The notes beneath the pieces were generated by a model. The model did no database searches, was not told where the DNA came from, and saw only the letters and a list, made by a program, of their open reading frames with translations. From the NCBI GenBank assembly GCA_964562095.1, contig CAZLSH010000002.1:9597-73596 (forward strand): DNA of 64,000 nucleotides, written 5' to 3'. The stretch is from an uncultured Clostridia bacterium (lineage in GTDB: Bacteria > Acidobacteriota > Aminicenantia > UBA2199). The position numbers and the translations under genes were made by a program. Of the stretch, positions 25,986 to 37,110 are shown one piece after another. The first letter of the stretch is position 1. The number at the start of each line of letters is the position of its first letter.

Positions 25986-26989
25986 GTCCGTTCGCCGAGG
26001 TGCCGGAGCAGGTCGATGATGCGCGCCGCGTACCCCGTCTCGTTGTCGTGCCAGGCCAGGACCTGGACCAGGTCGCCGTCCAGCACCTTGGTGGCGAGGG
26101 AATCGAAGACGGCCGAGTGGCGGTTGCCGCCCACGTCGCTGCTCACGATAGGGTCGGAGACGTATTCGAGGATGCCGGCGAGCTCCCGCGCCGCGTGCCG
26201 GCGGAAGGCCTCGTTGATCTCCTGGCGGCGAGCCGCCCGCCGCAGCTGGGCGGTCAATTCCACGAACGAGCAGTCGGCGACCGGGACCCGGGTGGCCAAG
26301 CCGTCAAAAAGGCCCCGCAGTTCCGGGAAGATGGTCTGGACGGCCGGGACGGCGCTGGTGGTGGTGGGGATGATGTTGCAGATGGCCGAGCGCGCCCGGC
26401 GGAAGTCGGCGTGGGGCCCGTCCTGGAGGTTTTGGTTGTTGGTCACGGGATGGATGGTGTTCAAGAAAGCCCGCCTGACCCCGAATTCGTCCAGCAGCAC
26501 CCGCAGCATGATCGCGACGCAGTTGGTCGTGCACGAGGCGTTGGAAATGAGTGCGTCCCCGGGCTGCAGGTCATGGTGGTTGACGCCCACGACAACCGTC
26601 CGGTCCAGGGAACCGTCGCGGGCCGGGCAGCTCAGGATCACTTTCCGGGCGCCGTTTTCCAGGTGGCCTTGCAGGGAAGGCCGGTCCTTGAACCTGCCGC
26701 TGGCTTCGACGACGAACTCCGCTTGCCCCTGCCGCCAGGGGATGGCGGCCGGACTGGCCGCGCCGCTGACGGGGATGCTCCGGCCGTCGACGAGGAGGCC
26801 GCGGGCATCATAGCCGACCTTGGCCGGGAGCTTTCCGTGCAGGCTGTCGTAGGCGAGCAGATGGGCCATCAATTCGACGCCCATCGGATCGTTGACCTGC
26901 ACGACCTGCAGATCCGGCGTCTCCAGGGACAGGCGCAGCACCAGCTTGCCGATCCTGCCGAAGCCGTTGATGCCGATTCGGGCGGCCAT
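25982..26989 (-). CDS. gap: Glyceraldehyde-3-phosphate dehydrogenase, canonical type I
   Basis: MAARIGINGFGRIGK, ASCTTNC and WHDNETGYA motifs; 335 aa. Confidence 0.9.
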   Translation of the reverse strand: MAARIGINGFGRIGKLVLRLSLETPDLQVVQVNDPMGVELMAHLLAYDSLHGKLPAKVGYDARGLLVDGRSIPVSGAASPAAIPWRQGQAEFVVEASGRFKDRPSLQGHLENGARKVILSCPARDGSLDRTVVVGVNHHDLQPGDALISNASCTTNCVAIMLRVLLDEFGVRRAFLNTIHPVTNNQNLQDGPHADFRRARSAICNIIPTTTSAVPAVQTIFPELRGLFDGLATRVPVADCSFVELTAQLRRAARRQEINEAFRRHAARELAGILEYVSDPIVSSDVGGNRHSAVFDSLATKVLDGDLVQVLAWHDNETGYAARIIDLLRHLGERT

Positions 26990-27240
26990 GCCCGATCACC
27001 GGTGCCCGGCAACGGCCGGTGCGAAGCGGGGCGGAAACTCTTCAGTCGGTCTTGTCATCGTCGCTTCTTCCTCGCATGACGTCTTCGCGGCCCGCGGCGG
27101 CCGCGCTCCGCTCGTGAGCGGTCAATATGAATAATCTCTTTGAAATCGTAGGTATTGTCATTCTAAACCGTTTGCCGCAAAATTTCAAGCGCGCGCCGGA
27201 GACCGGGGACGGGGCACGGAAAACGGGGACGATACTCGCG

Positions 27241-27292
27241 CAAGGCAAACGGCAAAGGGAAAAAGGCAAAAGTGAGGAAAGAGGCCCTGCAA
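27241..27292. repeat. GGCAAA-rich purine-arm repeat (partial copy of the intergenic hairpin-element family)
   Basis: CAAGGCAAACGGCAAAGGGAAAAAGGCAAAAGTGAGGAAAGAGG resembles the arms at 34727 and 45350. Confidence 0.35.
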
Positions 27293-27384
27293 GTGCCCGC
27301 TATGATCATTCCCGCTTATCATTCGTGCAAATGGTCAGTTCGTCGAGTTTCTTGCTGACATGAACTCTAAGAGATTGCTTGGCC

Positions 27385-30147
27385 CTATGTTTTGAGGTTC
27401 TGGAACAACCTGAGCAGCTGGGTGCGGTTGCCGACGCCGAGCTTGCCCAGGATGTGGTGGACGTGGATCTTGACCGTGCTCAGCTCGATGTAGAGTTTTT
27501 CGCCGATCTCCTTGTTGCTCAGCCCTTTCAGCAGCAGCAGCACGATCTCCTTCTCGCGGGGGGAGATGGCGCATTTGTCCAGCAGCTGGTCCATGGCCTC
27601 GCGGGAGCGGATCCTGGACGCCCGGCGGCGGAGGCGGGTGCGGTTCAGTTCGAGAACCAGCAGGGCGACGGCCAGCGCCAGCAGCGACAGGAACCACCAC
27701 GACTTCCACCATGGTCCGCGCACGCGGACGACCAGCGTGGTCTCCCGCTCGTTCCACAGCCCGTCGCTGTTGGAGCCTTTGACCCTGAACGTGTAGGTCC
27801 CGGCCGGCAGGCGCGAGAAGGACGCGAGCCTGCGCTTGGCGTCGGTTTGGATCCAGTCGTCGGTCAGCCCCTCCAGTCTGTAGGCGTAGCGGTTCTTCAT
27901 CGGGGCGGAGTAATCCAGGGCGGCGAACTCCAGGGAGAACAGGTAGTCCCGGGGGCGGATGACGATTTCGTCCGTCTCCCAGATGGGCCGGGCCAGCCGG
28001 GCCTCGCGGTTCAGGATCCTGAACGAGGTGATGTGCACCGGCGGCGCGCAGGGGCTGTCGGTTATCTCCTCCGGGAAAAAGGCGTTGAAGCCGTTGACGC
28101 CGCCGAAAAACATTTCGCCGCGCGGGCTCAGGTAGCGGGCGCCGAAGTTGAACTCGTTGCCCTGCAGGCCGTCGTGGACGTCGAAATTCCTGAAAGCCCC
28201 GGCGCGCGGGTCGAAGCGTGACAGCCCCTCGAAGGTGCTGAGCCAGAGGCGGCCCGTGCGGTCCTCCAGGATGCCGTAGATCTCGTTGCACGGCAGCCCG
28301 TCGCGCTTGGTGAAGTGCGAGAACGTCCGCCGGGCGGCGTCCAGTCGGTTCAGCCCGCCGCCCCAGGTCGCGATCCACAGATTCCCCTCGCGGTCCTCGT
28401 GCAGGTCGAAGATGTAGTTGCTGCTCAGGCCGGCCGGGTCGGACGCGTCGTGCAGGCTGCGGGCGAACGTGCCGGTTTCCGGCAGGAAGCGGTTCAGCCC
28501 GCCGCCGTAGGTGCCGATCCACAGGGCGCCGGAGCGGTCCTGCAGGATGGCGCGCACCTCGTTGCTGCCCAGGCTGCGGGAGTCGTCGCCGTCATGCTGG
28601 AAGCGGCTGAACGTGTTGTTTTCGCGGCTCAGGCGGTTCAGCCCGCCGGTCAGCGTGCCGACCCACAAGTTGCCGGCGCGGTCCTCGGCCAGAACGCGGA
28701 TCTTGTCGTCGCTCAGGCTGTGCGGGTCCTGCGGGTCGTGGCGCAGGGCGGTGAAGGCGTTGCGGCGGCGGTCGAAGCGATTCAGGCCTCCGCCGTCGGT
28801 GCCGATCCAGAACTCGCCGCGGCTGTCGACCAGCAGGTTGCGGACGAACCGGTCGCTCGGCCCCGCCCCGCCTTCCACGACGGAGGGATAACGGGAGAAG
28901 GAGCGGCGTTCTGGATCGAGCCGCTCCAGGCCGCCCATGGTGCCGATCCACAGGCTGCGGTCGGGGTCCTCGTGGAAGCAAAAAACCGCGGCGTTGCCCA
29001 GCCTGTCGGCGCGGCCGGGCAGGGGGTAGTGGTGGTCAAAGCGCATCTGATTGGCGCTGACCTTGTCGACGCCGGTCCCGAAATTGCCGATCCACAGGAT
29101 GCCGGAACGGTCCTCGCAGATCGACAGAACCTGGTCGTAGCCCAGGCTGTAAGGGTCCTGGGGATCGTGGCGGAAAACGGAAAACTCGCCGCTCCTGGGG
29201 TCGCCGCAGAGAAGCCCCTCCTGGGTGGCGATCCACAGCCGGCCGGAGCGGTCCTCGCTGATGTCGTTGACCTGGAGCAGCGGGGGAATGTTCCGCTTGC
29301 CGGCCAGGCGCTCGCAGCCGCCCGTGCGCCGGTCCAGGCGGTCGAGGCCGGCCTGGGTGCCGATCCACAGGGCGCTGCCACGGTCCTCCAGGATGGCCAG
29401 GATGCGGTCGTGGCTGAGGGTGGCCGAATCGTCGGACCGGTGAGAGTGGCGCTCGAAGGTCGTGCCGCCGCGGCGGAGCCGGTTCAATCCCTCATCGGTG
29501 CCGATCCAGAGAGTCCCCTCGCGGTCCAGGCACAGGGCGTTGACCTGGTCGTGGCTCAGGCTGGAGCCGTCGCCTGGGCGATGCCGGAATATGGTGAAAC
29601 TTCCCGTGGCCCGGTCCAGGCGGTTGAGGCCGTTGTTGGTCCCGACCCAGAGAACGCCGTCCCGGTCCTCGACCAGGGCCTGGACGACGCTGCCGCTGAG
29701 CCCGCCGGCCGGCACGGGCGTCTTCCAGTAGGAGTGGAACGCGTCGGCGGCCGGGTCGAAGCGACTCAGGCCGCCGTTGTGGGTGCCGATCCACAACGTG
29801 CCATCTTTGCTCTCCATGAGTTTCACGACGTGGTTCTGGTTCAGGCTGGAGCCGTCGCCCGGCACGTGGCGGTACTCGCTGAAGGTGTAGCCGTCATGGC
29901 GGTAGAGGCCGTTTTCGGTGGCGAACCACATGAAGCCAAGGTGGTCCTGGAGGATGTCGAACACGACGCTGGGCGTGAGCCCCGAGGTCGCCGGGACGTG
30001 CTCGAAGCGCAGCCTGCCGCCCTCGGCCGGCAGGCGGAGGCAGAGGACCGGCAGCATAAAGGTGAGCGCCGCCAGGGCGCTCGTGGCGAGCCTGGCCGGC
30101 CTGGAAGCTTTTGCACGGCACGGGGAAAAGGATTTCCTGCAATTCAT
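27385..30147 (-). CDS. Membrane sensor-regulator: signal peptide, periplasmic beta-propeller (two-component-regulator propeller repeats), Y_Y_Y domain, TM helix, C-terminal LuxR/GerE HTH
   Basis: Repeated GLxxFD/LWIGT propeller blades are present. The LuxR HTH is LSPREKEIVLLLLKGLSNKEIGEKLYIELSTVKIHVHHILGKLGV. There is a TM segment (WWFLSLLALAVALLVLEL) and no kinase or receiver domain. The start is probably MNCRKS at 30147; the ORF-track start is 30261. Confidence 0.75.
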   Translation of the reverse strand: MNCRKSFSPCRAKASRPARLATSALAALTFMLPVLCLRLPAEGGRLRFEHVPATSGLTPSVVFDILQDHLGFMWFATENGLYRHDGYTFSEYRHVPGDGSSLNQNHVVKLMESKDGTLWIGTHNGGLSRFDPAADAFHSYWKTPVPAGGLSGSVVQALVEDRDGVLWVGTNNGLNRLDRATGSFTIFRHRPGDGSSLSHDQVNALCLDREGTLWIGTDEGLNRLRRGGTTFERHSHRSDDSATLSHDRILAILEDRGSALWIGTQAGLDRLDRRTGGCERLAGKRNIPPLLQVNDISEDRSGRLWIATQEGLLCGDPRSGEFSVFRHDPQDPYSLGYDQVLSICEDRSGILWIGNFGTGVDKVSANQMRFDHHYPLPGRADRLGNAAVFCFHEDPDRSLWIGTMGGLERLDPERRSFSRYPSVVEGGAGPSDRFVRNLLVDSRGEFWIGTDGGGLNRFDRRRNAFTALRHDPQDPHSLSDDKIRVLAEDRAGNLWVGTLTGGLNRLSRENNTFSRFQHDGDDSRSLGSNEVRAILQDRSGALWIGTYGGGLNRFLPETGTFARSLHDASDPAGLSSNYIFDLHEDREGNLWIATWGGGLNRLDAARRTFSHFTKRDGLPCNEIYGILEDRTGRLWLSTFEGLSRFDPRAGAFRNFDVHDGLQGNEFNFGARYLSPRGEMFFGGVNGFNAFFPEEITDSPCAPPVHITSFRILNREARLARPIWETDEIVIRPRDYLFSLEFAALDYSAPMKNRYAYRLEGLTDDWIQTDAKRRLASFSRLPAGTYTFRVKGSNSDGLWNERETTLVVRVRGPWWKSWWFLSLLALAVALLVLELNRTRLRRRASRIRSREAMDQLLDKCAISPREKEIVLLLLKGLSNKEIGEKLYIELSTVKIHVHHILGKLGVGNRTQLLRLFQNLKT
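27421..27940. repeat. ~520-nt block near-identical to 30456-30975 (3-prime ends of the two sensor paralogs)
   Basis: A constant offset of 3035 nt. Roughly 430 nt are perfectly identical and the ends have scattered mismatches. The encoded C-terminal ~200 aa are identical except for 1-2 residues. Confidence 0.85.
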
Positions 30148-30296
30148 GGCGTTTCCGGCAATCCGGGGGACATCGAGGAGGAGATCGCCTGTCCGCCGGG
30201 GCTGAAGACAATAAGACGTTTCCTCTAGGGGAATGGTTTCCATTCCGCCTCCGAAAAACAACTTTTAATGAAAACATTATAGGATCATTAATAATT

Positions 30297-30314
30297 AATT
30301 CAATAAATTGAATT
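30297..30314. promoter_or_regulatory. Palindrome AATTCAATAAATTGAATT (TTCAA-N4-TTGAA) in the AT-rich region upstream of sensor paralog 1
   Basis: A perfect inverted repeat inside a 150-nt AT-rich island, ~150 nt upstream of the MNCRKS start. A matching site lies upstream of paralog 2. Confidence 0.35.
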
Positions 30315-30419
30315 ATTTTGATGCAAAATTAATTGCCACCTTTCTCATCCATGGATAGACCGGATTCGTTCACTGACCTGACTCTGCGAACACTGCCACT
30401 GCCACTGATTGATTCGGCG

Positions 30420-33134
30420 TCAGGTCTTCAAATTCTGAAATAGCCTGAGCAACTGGGTGCGGTTGGCCACCCCGAGCTTGCCCAGGATGTGGTGGACGTG
30501 GATCTTGACCGTGCTCAGCTCGATATAAAGCTTTTCGCCGATCTCCTTGTTGCTCAGCCCTTTCAGCAGCAGCAGCACGATCTCCTTCTCGCGGGGGGAG
30601 ATGGCGCATTTGTCCAGCAGCTGGTCCATGGCCTCGCGGGAGCGGATCCTGGACGCCCGGCGGCGGAGGCGGGTGCGGTTCAGTTCGAGAACCAGCAGGG
30701 CGACGGCCAGCGCCAGCAGCGACAGGAACCACCACGACTTCCACCATGGTCCGCGCACGCGGACGACCAGCGTGGTCTCCCGCTCGTTCCACAGCCCGTC
30801 GCTGTTGGAGCCTTTGACCCTGAACGTGTAGGTCCCGGCCGGCAGGCGCGAGAAGGACGCGAGCCTGCGCTTGGCGTCGGTTTGGATCCAGTCGTCGGTC
30901 AGCCCCTCCAGTCTGTAGGCGTAGCGGTTCTTCATCGGGGCGGAGTAATCCAGGGCGGCGAACTCCAGGGAAAACAGGGAATCCCGGGGATGGAGGACGA
31001 TTTCGCCGGTTTCCCAGATGGGCTTGTCCAGCCTGACTTCCTTGTTCAGCACCCTGAAAGACGTGATCCGCACCGGGGGGACGAACGTGTTGTCCAGGAT
31101 TTCGTGCGGGAAAAAAGAGTTGAAACCGTTGCTGCCGCCGACGAACATCCTGCCGCTCCGGCCCTGGCAACAGGCTTTGGAAATGAAGGCCCGGCCTTGC
31201 AGGCCGTCGTCCTCGTCGTAGCTGCGGAAACGCTTCGTGAGCGGCGAGAAACGCGACAGCCCGTCGTTGGTCGTGATCCACAGGTCGCCCACGCTGTCTT
31301 CGAGGATCCCCAGCACCATGTTGCTGGCCAGGCCGTCGGCCTTGGTGAAGTGGGTGAACTTCCCGGTTCCCGTGTCCAGCCTGTTCAGGCCGCCGCCCAG
31401 GGTGCCGATCCACAGGCAGCCTTGGCGGTCTTCATGCAGGCAGAAGATGAAGTCGTCATTCAGGCTGGCGGCATCGGCAGCGTCGTGCCGGTAGCGGATG
31501 AACGTGCCGGTCTCGGGCACGAAGCGGTTCAGTCCGCCGCCGTAGGTGCCGATCCACAGCGTTCCGGAGCGGTCCTCCAGGAGGGCGCGCACGATATCGT
31601 CGCCCAGGCTGGTGGGATCGTTCTCGGTGTAGCGGTAGTGGCGGAACACGCCGCTGCCGCGGTCCAGGCGGTCGAGGCCGCCGCCGTACGTCCCGATCCA
31701 GATGGTGCCGGCCGTGCCCTGGCAGATGGACAGGACGCGGTTGCTGCTGATGCTGCCGGGCTGCCGCAGGTCGTGGCGCTGGACGGTCACCCGGCCGGTG
31801 CGTGGGTCGAACAGCTGAAGCCCGCCGCCGTCGGTTCCCAGCCAAAACCTCCCGTCCCGGTCCCAAAGCTGGCAGCGCACGTTGACTTCTCCCAGTGTCC
31901 CGGGTGGGCCGGAGCCGTAGCCGAAATGGCTGATGGCGCCGGTCTGTTGGTCGAGTTTGTCCAGGCCGCGATGGGTTCCGATCCAGAGCGCTCCATCCGG
32001 CGCCTCCATGAGCGACATGATCAGGTTGCTGCCCAGGGTGTTCTCCCGGCCGGGGATCAAGCGGAAATGGGAGAAAGGTGTGTGGTAGGGATTGAAGCGG
32101 CAGATTCCGTTTTCGCCCGAGCCGACCCACAGGATGCCGGAACGGTCCTCGTGGAGCGAGAAGACCTGGGTGAACGGCAGGCTTCTGGTATCCAGCGGGT
32201 CGTGGCGAAACACTTCCGCGCTTCGGGACGTGTCGCCCAGGCAAACCAACCCCATCGATGTGGCCAGCCAGAGCCTGCCGTTGCGGTCCTCGTGGATGGC
32301 ATGCACCCGGGGCGGCTGCACGGCATGGCCGTCCAACCCCGGCAGAGGGGTGGGAGCGAATCGCCGGGACTGGTGGTCGAAGCGGTACAGCCCGTTGTCG
32401 GTGCCGATCCACAGGGTTTGCCGGCTGTCATGGTGCAGGCAATACACATTGTCGTCGCCCAGGCTGGACGGGTCGGCGGGGTCGCGGCGGAAATGGACGG
32501 AGTGGCCCGTCCTGCGGTCCAGGCGGATGATCCCGCCGCCGAAGGTGCCGATCCACAAAGCGCCTTCGTGGTCCTCGCAGATGGCATGGACATGATCGCT
32601 TTGGCCTGGCCGGTCCTGGGCCAGCGGTTGCGGCGTAAAGCGCCCGGACGCCCGGTCGAGACGGGCCAGGCCCCTGTCCGAGCCGACCCAGAGCGTGCCG
32701 TCGCGGTCCTCGCAGATGGCGCTGACGATATCGTGGCTCAGGCTGTCGCTGCGGCCGGGAATGTGCCGGAAGTTGCGAAATTCCCCCGAATGGGGATCAT
32801 AGCTGTTCAGCCCGCCGTTGAGCGTGCCGATCCAGAGGCTTCCCTCGCGATCCTCGAATAGCTGCAGCACGGAATTGTGGCTCAAGCTGGACGAATCACC
32901 CGGAACGTGCTGGAACACGGTGAATTCATAGCCGTCGAACCTGTTCAGGCCGCACTCCGTCCCGAACCACATGAACCCGCTGCGGTCCTGCAGGATCGAA
33001 TAGACCGTATGGTGCGAAAGCCCTTCGGTCCTGCCGGCGTGAAAAAAGTTTAAATCCATCCCGGCCGGCTCCAGGCGCAGGGAGAGAGCCAGGATGGCCA
33101 GGCAGGCGAAGCAAACGGCGGTCTTGCTGTTCAT
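30420..33134 (-). CDS. Membrane sensor-regulator paralog 2: signal peptide, beta-propeller, Y_Y_Y, TM, LuxR HTH
   Basis: Same architecture as 27385-30147, with a diverged propeller region and a near-identical C-terminal third. The start MNSKTAVCFACLAILALS at 33134 is preceded by a GGAGGG RBS. Confidence 0.75.
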   Translation of the reverse strand: MNSKTAVCFACLAILALSLRLEPAGMDLNFFHAGRTEGLSHHTVYSILQDRSGFMWFGTECGLNRFDGYEFTVFQHVPGDSSSLSHNSVLQLFEDREGSLWIGTLNGGLNSYDPHSGEFRNFRHIPGRSDSLSHDIVSAICEDRDGTLWVGSDRGLARLDRASGRFTPQPLAQDRPGQSDHVHAICEDHEGALWIGTFGGGIIRLDRRTGHSVHFRRDPADPSSLGDDNVYCLHHDSRQTLWIGTDNGLYRFDHQSRRFAPTPLPGLDGHAVQPPRVHAIHEDRNGRLWLATSMGLVCLGDTSRSAEVFRHDPLDTRSLPFTQVFSLHEDRSGILWVGSGENGICRFNPYHTPFSHFRLIPGRENTLGSNLIMSLMEAPDGALWIGTHRGLDKLDQQTGAISHFGYGSGPPGTLGEVNVRCQLWDRDGRFWLGTDGGGLQLFDPRTGRVTVQRHDLRQPGSISSNRVLSICQGTAGTIWIGTYGGGLDRLDRGSGVFRHYRYTENDPTSLGDDIVRALLEDRSGTLWIGTYGGGLNRFVPETGTFIRYRHDAADAASLNDDFIFCLHEDRQGCLWIGTLGGGLNRLDTGTGKFTHFTKADGLASNMVLGILEDSVGDLWITTNDGLSRFSPLTKRFRSYDEDDGLQGRAFISKACCQGRSGRMFVGGSNGFNSFFPHEILDNTFVPPVRITSFRVLNKEVRLDKPIWETGEIVLHPRDSLFSLEFAALDYSAPMKNRYAYRLEGLTDDWIQTDAKRRLASFSRLPAGTYTFRVKGSNSDGLWNERETTLVVRVRGPWWKSWWFLSLLALAVALLVLELNRTRLRRRASRIRSREAMDQLLDKCAISPREKEIVLLLLKGLSNKEIGEKLYIELSTVKIHVHHILGKLGVANRTQLLRLFQNLKT
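30456..30975. repeat. Partner copy of the near-identical block at 27421-27940
   Basis: See 27421-27940. Confidence 0.85.
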
Positions 33135-33306
33135 GTCGCCCTCCAACGATGCAGACGACGAATATAGGGAATCGGCAGGTGGTGCCTTTCCGGTGCGGGG
33201 AAGACAATTATTAGACGCGGGAAAGTGGAGAAATGTTTCATGTTTCGGAGTTTCTTACCCATATTGGCGTCATGTTTTCGGAATGATACTCCGGCAGATG
33301 AAAATA

Positions 33307-34707
<1,401 letters not shown>

Positions 34708-34726
34708 CCTGCAGAGCCAAGCCTCT

Positions 34727-34885
34727 CACAAGGCAAAAGGCAAAAGTAAAAAGGCAAAAGTGAAGAGAGCATTCCCAGAACTCCATATGGATTTGCCTCC
34801 ATTTCTATCCGGGCAGGGAAAGGCGAAATGAGAGTGCATCTTCCCAACTTTTGCCTTTTGCCTTTTGCCCTTTGCCTTTCTTTCC
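34727..34885. repeat. Intergenic long imperfect hairpin element: GGCAAAAG-rich arm, ~75-nt loop, CTTTTGCC-rich arm
   Basis: Left arm CAAGGCAAAAGGCAAAAGTAAAAAGGCAAAAGTGAAGAGAGC. The right arm CTTTTGCCTTTTGCCTTTTGCCCTTTGCCTTTC is its approximate reverse complement. Located directly after the eno stop. Confidence 0.5.
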
Positions 34886-34978
34886 CGGCTTTGTGCCTGG
34901 TTCACCGCAGTCAGGTTGGTCATGTCCGTTACTAGCGAGCACTTCCCCGTTAGCCGAAATCTATGGAAGATCCTCGCC

Positions 34979-36127
34979 ATGAAGTTCCTGGGCGAATTCC
35001 TGCCCATCGCGCCGGTGTTGATTCTCTTCTACACGGCGAACGGCCTGAACTCGACGCAAATATTCACCATCCAAGCCATCTTCCATCTCGGGGTACTGCT
35101 CATGGAGGTGCCCTCGGGCTACCTGGCCGATGTCGTCGGCCGCCGCAAGACGCTGGTTTTCGGGGCGGTGTTCTTTCCCCTAAGCCTGGCCGTTTACACG
35201 GTGGGGCGCAGTTTCGCCGCCTTCGTGTTCGCCGAGGTCATCCTGGCCGTCAGCGTCAGCATGCGCTCTGGATGCGACTCGGCATTGCTGTTCGACTCGC
35301 TGCGCCAGCTGAAGCGCGAGGGCGAGTACAAGCGCTTCGAGGGCCGCTGCGCCCTGTTCGCCCGCACCGGCACGGCGATCTCCTCGGTGGCCGGCGGCCT
35401 GCTGGCCTCGGTCTTCCTGCGCCTGCCTTTCCTGGTCAACACGGCCGTCGCCCTGCTCATGCCGGCGCTGTCCCTAGGCTTGCGCGAGCCCGAGCGCGAG
35501 AAGCGGCCCGGCAAGGAGCCGCTGCGCGACATCCTGCGCATCTGCCGCCACTGCCTGAGCGAGCCGCGCATCCGGCCGGTGATCCTGTACTGCGGCCTGA
35601 TCATGGCCGGCAACCTGACTGGGCTCTGGGCCTACTTCCTTTTCTACCAAGAGTTGCGCATCGGCATCGGCTGGTTCGGAATTCTCTTCGCCGTCTTCCA
35701 GCTCGCCGGCGCCCTGGGCGGGTCGCGCGCCCATGCCTTCAGCGAGCGCTTCGGGGAGAAGACCGCGCTGTACCTGGTGCTGCTCACCCCGCTCGTTTTC
35801 TTCATGCTCGGCCTGTTCCCGAGCGTGTGGCTCCTGCCCCTGATCCCGGCCAACGCCCTGGTGTGGAATTTGGCCTACCCGGTGCTGCTCGAACGCCTCA
35901 ACCTGGCCGTCGGCTCCGATGTGCGGGCCACCGTCCTTTCCCTGGCCGGCATGGCGGGCAGCGTCACCTTCATCGTCGTCTCGCCCCTCTTCGGCCGCCT
36001 GGTCGACGCCGTCTCCCTGTCCGTTGCCTTCATCGCCCTGGGAGTTTTCCTTCTCCTGGCCGGCGCCTGGCTCCTCTCCGCCGTGCTGCGCCACTGGCGG
36101 GAGACGCAGGGCCCCGAGACGATATGA
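34979..36127 (+). CDS. MFS transporter
   Basis: A 12-TM MFS profile with a GRR(K/R)-type loop motif (DVVGRRKTL). The start is uncertain (34865, 34925 or 34979); 34979 is chosen because 34865 lies inside the hairpin repeat. Confidence 0.55.
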   Translation: MKFLGEFLPIAPVLILFYTANGLNSTQIFTIQAIFHLGVLLMEVPSGYLADVVGRRKTLVFGAVFFPLSLAVYTVGRSFAAFVFAEVILAVSVSMRSGCDSALLFDSLRQLKREGEYKRFEGRCALFARTGTAISSVAGGLLASVFLRLPFLVNTAVALLMPALSLGLREPEREKRPGKEPLRDILRICRHCLSEPRIRPVILYCGLIMAGNLTGLWAYFLFYQELRIGIGWFGILFAVFQLAGALGGSRAHAFSERFGEKTALYLVLLTPLVFFMLGLFPSVWLLPLIPANALVWNLAYPVLLERLNLAVGSDVRATVLSLAGMAGSVTFIVVSPLFGRLVDAVSLSVAFIALGVFLLLAGAWLLSAVLRHWRETQGPETI

Positions 36128-36248
36128 TGGCGAGTGGTAGTGTTCGTGATAGTGTTAGTGAAGATATTCAAGTCATTTCCATTGAATTTCATGCCATTCA
36201 TGATATATTCTCGCCGGGGAACAGATTTTTATTGATTGGAGTGAAACG

Positions 36249-36971
36249 ATGGAGCTGAATTATTCGATCGCTGACGAAATTTTCGCGAAGTTTCCCGAAT
36301 ACAGGCGCGGGGTGGTCGTCGCCCGTGGCGTGCGCAATGGCGATTCGCCTCCCGAGCTGGTCGGGATGCTGCGTGAGGAGGAGGCGCGGGCCAGGGAGAG
36401 GCTCAACATGGACACGCTGACCGCCGAGCCGCGCCTGGCCTCCTGGCGGGAAGCGTTTCGCCGGCTGGGTTACAAGCCCGGCGATTTCAGGCCCTCGATC
36501 GAGGCCCTTCTGCGCCGGGTGCTGCGCGGACAGGAATTGCCTGCGATCAACGCTTTGGTCGACATCGGCAACGTCGTCTCGCTGCGCCGCCTGCTGCCGG
36601 TCGGGGGCCACGCCATCGATGTGCTGACCCGGGACATCGCCCTGAGTCCGGCGACGGGCAGCGAAACGTTCATCGCCTTCGGCGCGGAAGCTGCCGAGCA
36701 CCCGGCCGCGGGCGAGTTCATCTTCACCGAGGGGGATACGGTGCTGACGCGGCGCTGGATCTGGCGCCAGGCCAACCACACCCTCACCCGGCCGGAGACG
36801 AAAGCCATCGAGTTCAACATCGACGCCCTGCCGCCGGTGAGCGCTGAGGATGTTCAGGCGGCGGGGAGGGATATCATGGAGCTGGTCGCCCGTTTCTGCG
36901 GCGGCAGCGCCCGCTTCGACGTCCTCGATCGGCGGCAGCCGTTCTTGCGGCTGGCGGAGTCGGCGCCCTGA
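36249..36971 (+). CDS. B3/B4 tRNA-binding domain protein (COG3382-like)
   Basis: About 240 aa with the B3/4-domain profile typical of PheT-related standalone proteins. RBS GGAGTG. Confidence 0.5.
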   Translation: MELNYSIADEIFAKFPEYRRGVVVARGVRNGDSPPELVGMLREEEARARERLNMDTLTAEPRLASWREAFRRLGYKPGDFRPSIEALLRRVLRGQELPAINALVDIGNVVSLRRLLPVGGHAIDVLTRDIALSPATGSETFIAFGAEAAEHPAAGEFIFTEGDTVLTRRWIWRQANHTLTRPETKAIEFNIDALPPVSAEDVQAAGRDIMELVARFCGGSARFDVLDRRQPFLRLAESAP

Positions 36972-37110
36972 AGAAATTCCGCTCCCGATGCGTCTGAAAA
37001 ACAAATCCGGCGCCTGGGCCGTATAGAACTTTTGAAATTCAATATATTTGGATAAAAATTGGAATGAAACCATAGCGGTTGATTTATTGACTTCAATCAA
37101 GGAGAAAAGG

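Noticed and set aside
28315-30228. 637-aa plus-strand ORF (and the similar 30489-32861 ORF)
   Set aside because: Both are antisense to the propeller-LuxR sensor genes and are repetitive Ala/Gly/Val-rich GC artefacts.
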